Source of the DNA: Octopus sinensis
Lineage: Eukaryota
Direction of reading: 5' to 3'
Length of the DNA stretch: 22,514 nt
Assembly (NCBI RefSeq): GCF_006345805.1
Contig: NW_021836788.1
Location: 1-22,514, forward strand
A program made the translations under genes and the position numbers. This document shows, piece by piece, positions 1 through 8,855 of this stretch. The notes beneath the pieces are model-generated. The model did not search any database and was not told the DNA's origin. It saw only the letters and a list, made by a program, of their open reading frames with translations. Position 1 is the stretch's first letter; every line of letters begins with the position of its first letter.

Positions 1-53
1 AGCCATAAAATGGAATTACAAATTCTAGTAGTGGTAGAAATAAAAAAAGGGTA

Positions 54-105
54 ATGGGCCTATAGGTCATCCTTCAGGCATTTTTGCTCCTTCATCAGCA
101 GCCAT
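54..105 (-). ncRNA. Degenerate type I hammerhead ribozyme
   Basis: Minus strand CTGATGA-AGG...CCT-GAAG. A15.1 is G, and stems I and III are decayed relative to the copy at 1615-1666. Confidence 0.6.
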
Positions 106-123
106 CCGACATCCATGAGCTCA

Positions 124-519
124 TCTTTATATATAAAAGTGAGGTTGTGTGCTGTCTGTCTCCTACGATTTAGATTCCTAACTACTCCCACATTTTGCGG
201 TGCAGTGTAACCAAAACCGGGTATCTTATAGTCGTGATTCATATCGAGCCCTTCTGGGTATTAGCGTGCGTCTACAATGAGTCTACGATTTTAAAAAGAA
301 TTTACCATCAATTTTTCCCATTTTTAATGCATTTTTGGTATATATAAGGGAAGTAACTCGCTAAAAATTTATTATTAAATCTCAGAACGTAAAAAGTTAC
401 AGTAACACCCCCCCTTTGTGGTTAGCCATATTGAGATGGCTATTATACTTTACATCTCTAAAAATGCTTATGTAGTTATTTCCCTTACAAACCCGAGCAA
501 CGCCGGGTGATACTGCTAG
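124..519 (+). mobile_element. Non-autonomous Helitron (396 bp)
   Basis: 5' TC at 124 after A123. GC-rich hairpin CCCGAGC-AAC-GCCGGG at 492-507. 3' CTAG at 516-519 followed by T520. No TSD; removing it restores colinearity with the paralogous repeat. Confidence 0.9.
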
Positions 520-612
520 TTGCTTATACAACCACTGCATACAACAGTGTAACGTTATTGGTTGTATCAATTTACATATTAAACACTTTCCTAGACCTGG
601 CATGTAAATATT

Positions 613-759
613 CTTTTCTACTCTAGACACAAGGCCTGAAATTTTGGGGGAGAGGGGCTAGTCAATTAGATCGACCCCAGTACACAACTGGTACTTAATT
701 TATCGACCCTGAAAGGATGAACGGCAAAGTCGACCTCGGTGGAATTTTAACTCACTTGT
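613..759 (-). mobile_element. 5'-truncated SINE (family containing GGGGTCGATAAATTAAGTACCAGT)
   Basis: Matches 7745-7830 in reverse. TSD GTAAATATT at 604-612 and 762-770. Confidence 0.85.
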
Positions 760-780
760 ACGTAAATATTAATGACTTTC

Positions 781-969
781 ATCTTCGATCTCATTGTTTG
801 TTTACATCTGACATCTTGGATATGAAACGTCGTAACAAAAATCAGTGCTGGTTATAATTTCTCTAGAAAACCTGTAGAGATGATCTTAACAAGTGATGTT
901 AGAGCACTGCTAACACAGTAAATTGTGGTATTAATGTATAAAAACCTTTAATTTTCTTTATAGTATATT
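781..969 (+). repeat. Second half of a 413-bp repeat unit
   Basis: Aligns to 1681-1867 (CAGTGCTGG...CTAGAAAACCTGTAGAGATGATCTTAACAAGTGAT...AGAGCACTGCTAACACAGTA). Confidence 0.9.
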
Positions 970-1197
970 ATGGCATATTTCGGTCATGTTATGCGGAGAA
1001 AATCCCTGGAGAAGGACATCATGCTTGGAATGGTCAGTGGCAAGAGAGGAAGAGGCCGACCAAGAACCCGCTGGCTTGACACCATCAAGAGGGATACCGG
1101 AACGGACATAGCCAGTCTGAAAGAAGCGGCCCAGGATAGAACTGACTGGATGACACTCATCCAACAAGTAACCGAGAGTCGAATTCGACTGAGCGGA
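970..1197 (+). mobile_element. 3' end of an RTE-clade LINE ORF (BovB-like C-terminus)
   Basis: YFGHVMRRKSLEKDIMLGMVSGKRGRGRPRTRWLDTIK...DRTDW...VTESRIRLSG is the typical RTE C-terminus. A (TA)n tract follows. Confidence 0.9.
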
Positions 1198-1221
1198 TAT
1201 ATACATATATGTATATATATA

Positions 1222-1272
<51 letters not shown>

Positions 1273-1454
1273 GGAATGGTCAGTGGCAAGAGAGGAAGAG
1301 GCCCCGACCAAGAACCCGCTGCTTGACACCATCAAGAGTGATACCGGAATGGACATAGCCAATCTGAAAGAAGCTGCCAAGGATAGAACTGACTGGAGCA
1401 CACTGATCCAATGGTAACCGAGAGTTGACTTCGACTGAGCGGATAGATAGATAG
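1273..1454 (+). mobile_element. Second, frameshifted RTE 3' fragment with (GATA)n tail
   Basis: Direct paralog of 1027-1197 with small indels. Ends CGACTGAGCGGA-TAGATAGATAG, with the stop codon inside the tail. Confidence 0.88.
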
Positions 1455-1614
1455 ATGGTTGCATAACGAAATACCGTGTCCCTACAAGTCATTAATGCTT
1501 ATGGACCAGCTTCCAGGAATGTTTAATAGGTAAAATTGGTGCTTCCAATAATGTTGCACCACTGTATTTAGAGGGTCATTTAAGCAATGTGTTCGTGGAT
1601 GGTTAATGGGTTGG

Positions 1615-1666
1615 ATGGGTGCTGAGGAAGGAGCAAAACTTCCTGAAATATGGCATATACACCCAT
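1615..1666 (+). ncRNA. Type I hammerhead ribozyme with intact canonical core
   Basis: Stem I ATGGGTG (1615-21)/CACCCAT (1660-66); core CTGAGGA (1622-28); stem II AGGAG/TTCCT; GAA-A (1645-48); stem III ATATG-G-CATAT; triplet AUA. Predicted cleavage after 1659. Confidence 0.9.
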
Positions 1667-2026
1667 TTACTCCTTTTTTTATTTTCGATCCCATTGCTGT
1701 CTATATCTAGTGTCTCAGATACAAAACATCGTAACAAAATCAGTGCTGGTTCTAATCTCTCTAGAAAACCTGTAGAGATGATCTTAACAAGTGATTTAAG
1801 AGCACTGCTAACACAGTAGAACATGGTAGTGACTTATAAAAACGTTTGATACACTTTGCAGAACATCATGGTTGCATAACGAAATACTGTGTCCCTACAA
1901 GTCATTAATGCTTATGGACCAGCTTCCAGGAATGTTTAATATATAAAATTGGTGCATCCAATAATGTTGCACCACTGTATTTAGAGGGTCATTTAAGCAA
2001 GAGTTCGTGGATGGTGAATGGGTTGG

Positions 2027-2078
2027 ATAGTTGTCGATGAAGGAGCAAAAACTCCTGGAATATGGTATATACATCCAT
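2027..2078 (+). ncRNA. Degenerate hammerhead in the second repeat unit
   Basis: Core TCGATGA instead of CTGANGA; perfect stem II AGGAG/CTCCT; GGAA instead of GAAA; stem I disrupted. Confidence 0.7.
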
Positions 2079-2404
2079 TTCCCCTTTTTTGCAATTTTGA
2101 TCTCATTGCTGTTGTTTACGTCTGACATCTCAGATATGAACCATTGTAACAAAAATCGTGCTGTCTACAATCTAGAAAATCTGTAGAGATGACCTTAACA
2201 TGTGATTCAAGAGCACTGCTAACACAGTAGAAAATGGTATTGACTTATAAAAATGTTTGATATACTTTGTAGTAGTAGATTATGGTTGCATAACGAAATG
2301 TTGCATTCCTACAAATCATTAGTATATACACAAATATTTATATGCATATATAAATACAGACCTACATGCACAAAGATACACAGATATATATATATATATA
2401 TGTT

Positions 2405-2696
2405 AATTAATATGTGACAATTATTCAATAGTCAAGATAAAACTCTGAGTTTCAGATGCCAAAGTGGAAATCCACAACACCATCTCTTCGGTTCGTATCG
2501 GGCCATCTGAAAACGCTATGAAAAAATACCGTTATATAAGGGAAATTACTGTGTTAAAATCCGCTACTTATATAAATCAAGATTAAAATTTCATAGTAAA
2601 CATAGATAACCGAAGAGATGGTGTTGTGGATTTCCACTTCGGCATCCGAAACTCAGAGTTTTATCTTGACTATTGAATAATTGTCACATATTAATT
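2405..2696. mobile_element. Palindromic element with 89-bp inverted arms, probably a Penelope-like pseudo-LTR pair
   Basis: 2405-2493 and 2608-2696 are inverted repeats (87/89 identical). Each arm carries an HHR-like motif. Confidence 0.75.
2604..2666 (+). ncRNA. Hammerhead-like motif (U4C core variant)
   Basis: Stem I AGATAA/TTATCT; core CCGAAGA (2610-16); stem II GATG...CATC with inner GTGG/CCAC; one extra C, then GAAA (2648-51); stem III ACTC-A-GAGT; triplet GUU, site after 2660. Confidence 0.7.
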
Positions 2697-2796
2697 TACA
2701 GATAAATTTCCTCTATTTACATAATATTGAGGTCTCCTTCTTTCTTTTGTTATCTTATCATTTTTACCAATATATATATATATATATACATATATG

Positions 2797-2907
2797 CTAT
2801 TTACCAATATGGCTGTCCTGAAAGGGGCAATGTTACGGTTGTTTTAGCTCCAAGGAACAACAGTAACATCGTCCCTTTCAGGGCAGCCACATTATGTTGG
2901 CAAATAG
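2797..2907. other. ~110-nt near-perfect hairpin (tiny MITE or pre-miRNA-like)
   Basis: Paired segments GGCTGTCCTGAAAGGG/CCCTTTCAGGGCAGCC, ATGTTAC/GTAACAT and GTTGTT/AACAAC. Basal stem 2797-2810/2894-2907. Confidence 0.7.
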
Positions 2908-3021
2908 GATTTTCTTTAAAGAATTGTTATTGAGAGATTTAGAAATAATAACATTTCTATGCATACATATAAATATATATACACCACACACACATATATA
3001 TATATGTATATATAATACTAT

Positions 3022-3059
<38 letters not shown>

Positions 3060-3451
3060 ATACACCACAACTGATCTCTAGGTCTGAAATTTTCAATCGG
3101 TTGTAAACATATGTCTAAGTACATTTTGTAGAATTGGAAAATTCTGTCTATACCTGATTAACTTGTTGATATCTTTCCAGTGTTATAATATAAGGCTAAG
3201 GAGAGTAACTCTTTTACCTTTCTTAATTTATTATTTTCTGTTTGTTGTTTTCCATTTTTAATCTTCTACATTTTTTATATGCTTCCTTCTCAACTTTGCA
3301 CATTTCTTCTGTCATTCAAATTTTAGTTTGTAAATGACATGTGGTTTGTGCCTGATGAATATTTGAGGTGTGTTTCAACATATGAAACTATTAGTAGCAC
3401 ATAAAAACACGTATTGTGTCTATTAGATAATACATATATATATATATGTAT

Positions 3452-3851
3452 GCAGGAGTGGCTGTGTGGTAAGTAGCTTGCTTGTGAACCATATGGTTCC
3501 GGTTTCAGTCCCACTGCGTGGCACCTTGGGCAAGTGTCTTCTGCTATAGCCTCGGGCCGACCAAAGCCTTGTGAGTGGATTTCGTAGACGGAAAAAGAAA
3601 GAAGCCCGTCGTATGTATGTATATATGTATGTGTGTGTATATGTTTGTGTGTCTCTGTTTGTCTCCCCAACATCACTTGACAACCGATGCTGGTTTGTTT
3701 ACGGCCCGTAACTTAGCAGTTCGGCAAAAGAGACTGATGGAATAAGTACTAGGCTTACAAAGAATAAGTCCTGGGGTCGATTTGCTCGACTAAAGGTGGT
3801 GCTCCAGAATGGCCGCAGTCAAATGACTGAAACAAGTAAAAGAGTAAAAGA
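3452..3851 (+). mobile_element. tRNA-derived SINE with CORE-like segment (family A)
   Basis: A-box-like TGGCTGTGTGG, B-box-like GTTTCAGTCCC, CACCTTGGGCAAGTGTCTT core. Paralogs at 8599-9016, 15369-15535 and 16203-16405. Confidence 0.85.
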
Positions 3852-3869
3852 ATATATATATATATATAT

Positions 3870-4243
3870 AAATCAAAATCGAAATTGATCAACATCAATG
3901 GAAATTGTAGCTGTGATACCAGTGCCAGTTGCATGTAAGAGAACCACTCGAACATGGCCATTGCTAGCACCGCCATGACTGGCCTCTGTGCCGGTGGCAT
4001 GTGAAAAACCCCATCCGATCGTGGCCGTTTGCCAGCCTTGTCTGGCACCTGTGCAGGTGGCATGTAAACAGCACCCACTACACTCACGGAGTGGTTGGCG
4101 TTAGGAAGGGCATCCAGCTGTAGAAACACTGCCAGATCAGACTGGGCCTAGCGCAGCCTTCTGGCTTCCCAGACCCCAGTTGAACCGTCCAACCCATGCT
4201 AGCATGGAAAACGGATGTTAAACGATGATGATGATGATGATGA
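3870..4243 (+). mobile_element. Retroposon with RTE-type 3' tail and (GAT)n end
   Basis: Tail TTGGCGTTAGGAAGGGCATCCAGCTGTAGAAAC...CAACCCATGCTAGCATGGAAA...GTTAAACGATGATG. Paralog at 9236-9644. Confidence 0.8.
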
Positions 4244-4246
4244 TAT

Positions 4247-4277
<31 letters not shown>

Positions 4278-4278
<1 letters not shown>

Positions 4279-4455
4279 AGGTTAATTCCAACGGGAAAAC
4301 AGAAAACAACACGTGAAACAATTACAGTATTAATATTATTAGGCACTCAGGAAATGGAAGAATGAGAGTATGACGTTCGAGCGGAGCTCTTCATCGGAAA
4401 CATAGGAGAAAGAAAGATCCCGAGAGACGGGAGGACAGAGGAAAAAAAAAATTGC
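4278..4455 (-). mobile_element. Putative Penelope-like terminal fragment with a minimal hammerhead remnant at 4368-4401
   Basis: Minus strand GTTT-CCGATGA-A-GAGC-TCC-GCTC-GAAC-GTC-ATAC, lying between TA tracts. Confidence 0.55.
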
Positions 4456-4501
4456 AGGTAGTCTTCACGAGGTCACATACACACATATATATATATATAT
4501 A

Positions 4502-4654
4502 TTGTTGGCATTAGGAAGGGCATCTAACTGTGAAAACTATGACATAACAGACACTAGAGCAAATTTGGTTCCAGTCAAACCACCTTACCAATGTCAGCAT
4601 GGAACACAGATGTTAAACGATGATGATATTGACGATGATGATGATGATAATGAT
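4502..4654 (+). mobile_element. Short diverged RTE-type tail fragment
   Basis: TTGGCATTAGGAAGGGCATC...AGCATGGAA...GTTAAACGATGATG. Confidence 0.7.
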
Positions 4655-4874
4655 GGCAAGAATGAAAATAATATAATATGATAAATGGATGTTCAATGAG
4701 CGTGCATTATAAGATAAGATAATAACTGGTGCTCAAACGGTCCACACCACTGTAGCATAGGTCGAAGACCAGTTTAAAGATGCGGTGCTGTACCACTGAA
4801 CTAATCTCTTAGATCTATGCCAATGCTCTTTCTGGCTGTGCTACGCTTTGCATTTTTATCTGCCTACAAAACTT

Positions 4875-4934
4875 ATAACTACTAACTACTAACTACTAAC
4901 TACTACTACTACTACTACTGTTATTATTATTAAA

Positions 4935-4978
<44 letters not shown>

Positions 4979-5086
4979 CACCACCACCACCACTACATTT
5001 AATAATGATGATGATGAGGATAAAATAATAATAATAATGACAGTAATAATGAGGATAATAAAAATATTAATAATAGGTGTAGCAGA

Positions 5087-5136
<50 letters not shown>

Positions 5137-5235
5137 TAACAATGATAATAATAACAATAATAATAATAATAATAATAATAGTAGTAATAATAAAATAATA
5201 ATAAAAATAACAATAATGACAATATAATAATAATG

Positions 5236-5269
<34 letters not shown>

Positions 5270-5291
5270 TAATGAGAATATAATAATAATG

Positions 5292-5328
<37 letters not shown>

Positions 5329-5350
5329 TAATGAGAATATAATAATAATG

Positions 5351-5405
<55 letters not shown>

Positions 5406-5640
5406 TAATGAGAATATAATAATAATACTAATTATTATTATTATCATCGTCATCCTCCTCATCATCATCATTATCATCATCATCGTCATTATCATCATCA
5501 TCATTATTACTACTACTACTAATAATAATAACAACAACAGCATCAACAACAACAACCGCAACACAACAACAACAACAACAACAATAATAATAATAATAAT
5601 AAAAATACTAGTAATAACAATAATAATGATGATGATAGTA
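4875..5640. repeat. Compound (ACT)n/(AAT)n/(ATC)n/(AAC)n microsatellite
   Basis: Directly visible trinucleotide tracts. Confidence 0.97.
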
Positions 5641-6039
5641 AGCAGGAATATCAAAGGATATCTCCATAATAACGTATGACAAGTATCACGTAGCAGGTAA
5701 ATATCTGATATAGAAATTTCATGAAAGATTTCATTGTAAAGATATCATTACTTAGAAAGAAATGGAGAAACGTAGGTGGTGGTGGTGGGGGGTGGTGGTG
5801 GGGGGATGGGGGGAAGAGATGCTTCCAGAACAAAAGCAAACTGGTATGTAGTTTTGTTCAGTTCTGCGTATGTAGCATATATGTTTCTCTGTGTTTTGAT
5901 GCAATATACCATCCAGATACCATTCATGTGGTTTCCATTTTGTCTCTATAGAAATGCTGCATCTTTTTCTGTAAATGGAACTTCAAAATAATGGTTTGAT
6001 GCTGTTTTGTTTATTATATGGATGTGGAGGTGATAAAGA

Positions 6040-6117
6040 GATGGATACATAGATAGATGGGTAGATAGATAGACAGACAAACAGATAGATAGATAATTAT
6101 ATATATATGTAGATAGA

Positions 6118-6187
<70 letters not shown>

Positions 6188-6234
6188 TATAGATAGATAG
6201 ATAGATGAATAGATGGATAGACAGATAGATAGAC

Positions 6235-6274
<40 letters not shown>

Positions 6275-6283
6275 GGATGGATG

Positions 6284-6326
<43 letters not shown>

Positions 6327-6420
6327 GGATGGATAGATAAATAGATAGATAGATAGATAGATAGATAGATGGATGGATGGATAGATAAATAGATAGATAG
6401 ATGGATGGATGGATAGATAA

Positions 6421-6454
<34 letters not shown>

Positions 6455-6480
6455 GGATAGATGGATAGATTGATAGATAG

Positions 6481-6511
<31 letters not shown>

Positions 6512-6780
6512 TAGAGATAGACAAGTTGACAGACAGACAGGCATATAGATAGAGTGATAAATAGACTGATAGACAGATACATAGATAAATAGACAGACAG
6601 ACATATAGATAGCTAAATAGACGGACAGATATATATATATATATATATAGATAGATATATAGATTGATAGATAGATAGATAGATAGATAGACAGATAGAT
6701 GAAGAGACATAACTAGATAGAAAGACAGATAGTTAAATAAATAAATACATAAAAAAATAAATAATAGATAAATAAAGAGA
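6040..6780. repeat. (GATA)n microsatellite with (TA)n interruptions
   Basis: Directly visible. Confidence 0.97.
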
Positions 6781-6984
6781 TGCGTAGTAAGATGGCTGGG
6801 CCGTAAGAGAGGTAGATGTGTCAGCTTCCCACCTATGTATGTAAGTATTATGTCTACACTGCCATTATCGCAGTCTTTTTCAATTTCATTTTCATCTTTT
6901 ATCATCAGACTTTTATTTAACATGCTCAAATATGTGAGAGATATTGCTTTTCAAATTGAATTTATGTGTCTGAGTTTCTATGAA

Positions 6985-7222
6985 CATACATACATTCATG
7001 CATACACACATACACACATACATGCATGTATATATATATATATATATTATATCTATTATATATATATATCATATAATATATACACATACATATATATATA
7101 TACATATGTATATATATACATGTATATATATTTATATTGCATACATACATATATTCATACCTATATATTTATATACATGTAATATACATATATATATTTA
7201 TGCATATATATACATACATACG

Positions 7223-7269
<47 letters not shown>

Positions 7270-7335
7270 GAATATATTTTTATCAATGATATATAGTACA
7301 TATACATATATATGGGTATGTGATTGTGTGTGTGT
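6985..7335. repeat. (TA)n/(CATA)n low-complexity tract
   Basis: Directly visible. Confidence 0.95.
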
Positions 7336-7671
7336 GTGTTTGTTTTTGTCTATGCTTATATGTCAGGTAATGAATAGACCTGGACAAAAAAAAATCATTC
7401 TTTATATGGTTTCTTTACTCTTATTCTAGAATTGAGTTGCCAATAACCTGTCTTGTTTGCTTTTACATCCTTACAATTAATTTCATTGTTGTTGTTGTTT
7501 GTTGATATATATTTGACACTCTTGGTGTAAAGTTGTTGTTTTCCATGGAGACAATATCCTTTTCAATCCTTGCCAAAAGAAATTTTTATTGGATACTTGT
7601 AAAAAACAAAATATAATAACCAAAGGGGTGGCTGCCCTCGATACCCAGTGGTAGACAACAGGAAGAAGATA

Positions 7672-8438
7672 AGGCGGCAAGCTGGCTGAAACGTTAGCAC
7701 GCCGGGCGATGTTCGTAGCCGTATTTTGTCTGCCGTTACGTTCTGAGTTCAAATTCCACCGAGGTCGACTTTGCCTTTCATCCTTTCGGGGTCGATAAAT
7801 TAAGTACCAGTCACACACTGGGGTCGAAATAATCGACTTAATCCGTCTGTCTGTTCTTGTTTGTCTCCTCTGTGTTTAGTCCCTTGTGGGTAGTAAAGAA
7901 ATAGGTATTTCGTCTGCCGTTACGTTCTGAGTTCAAATTCCGCCGAGGTCAACTTTACCTTTCATCCTTTCGGGGTCGATAAATTAAGTACCAGTTACGC
8001 ACTGGGGTCGAAATAATCGACTTAATCCGTCTGTCTGTCCTTGTTTGTCTCCTCTGTGTTTAGCCCCTTGTGGGTAGTAAAGAAATAGGTATTTCGTCTG
8101 CCGTTACGTTCTGAGTTCAAATTCCGCCGAGGTCAACTTTACCTTTCATCCTTTCGGGGTCGATAAATTAAGTACCAGTTATGCACTGGGGTCGATATAA
8201 TCGACTTAATTCGTCTGTCTGTTCTTGTTTGTCTCCTCTGTGTTTAGCCCCTTGTGGGTAATAAAGAAATAGGTATTTCGTCTGCCGTTACGTTCTGAGT
8301 TCAAATTCTGCCGAGGTCGACTTTACCTTTCATCCTTTCGGGGTCGATAAATGAAGTACCAGTCACACACTGGGGTCGAAATAATCTGTCCTTGTTTGTC
8401 TCCTCTGTGTTTAGCCCCTTGTGGGTAGTAAAGAATTA
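7672..8438 (+). mobile_element. Family B SINE: one head plus four tandem 184-bp body units
   Basis: Head at 7672-7720. GTATTT(C/T)GTCTGCCGTTACG starts at 7721, 7905, 8089 and 8273; the last unit has an internal deletion. Confidence 0.92.
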
Positions 8439-8598
8439 GGAAGACGATGTATGCTTCACAAAGTCAAAACCCACAGCTAAATGTACAAGAGGGAAAAGAA
8501 ATTAAGAGAAAAATATGTTCCAAATATTCTAATAAGTAATTTTGAAGACAACATCAGGAAAACATCGTCAGTGGCTGCTCAAACACTTTTAAAAAACA

Positions 8599-8812
8599 TT
8601 TACTCTTTACTCTTTTACTTGTTTTAGTCATTTGACTGTGGCCATGCTGGAGCACCACCTTTAGTCGAGCAAATCGACCCCAGGACTTATTCTTTGTAAG
8701 CCCAGTACTTATTCTATCAGTCTCTTTTGCCGAACTGCTAAGTGACAAGGACGTAAACACACCAGCATCAGTTGTCAAGCAATGCTGGAGGGACAAACAC
8801 AGACAAACATAT

Positions 8813-8855
<43 letters not shown>

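Larger units (their letters stand above)
37..778 (-). repeat. Inverted, diverged partial copy of the 413-bp HHR repeat, interrupted by a Helitron (124-519) and a SINE (613-759)
   Basis: Reverse complement of 37-123 (GGATGGCTGCTGATGAAGGAGCAAAAATGCCTGAAG...) aligns to 1613-1686. Reverse complements of 520-600 and 762-778 align to 1486-1586. Confidence 0.85.
1455..2321 (+). repeat. Tandem array of ~413-bp units (retrozyme-like satellite)
   Basis: ATGGTTGCATAACGAAAT recurs at 1455, 1868 and 2282 (periods 413 and 414). The third copy is partial. Confidence 0.95.

Noticed and set aside
54-2078. A-to-G changes in the decayed HHR cores (GGAA, GAAG) as relics of ADAR-edited retrotransposed RNA
   Set aside because: Only two sites, which cannot be distinguished from ordinary transitions without many copies.
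1482-2152. Short ORFs in the 413-bp repeat
   Set aside because: Frames and stops differ between copies and no protein is recognisable; conservation fits RNA structure better.
2405-2696. Classical DNA-transposon MITE
   Set aside because: No clear TSD or superfamily terminal motif; the HHR in the arms favours a PLE origin, though a MITE is not fully excluded.
4720-4850. tRNA-like A box on the minus strand (TAGTTCAGTGGTA, 4791-4803)
   Set aside because: No cloverleaf or well-placed B box; at most a decayed SINE head.
4889-7429. Long ORFs of up to 327 aa rich in I/Y/L/S
   Set aside because: They are translations of (AAT)n, (GATA)n and (TA)n microsatellites; the same applies to the ORFs at 14255-15955 and 20563-20925.
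7721-8438. CRISPR-like array
   Set aside because: The units are 184-bp near-identical SINE bodies with no unique spacers, in a eukaryotic context.
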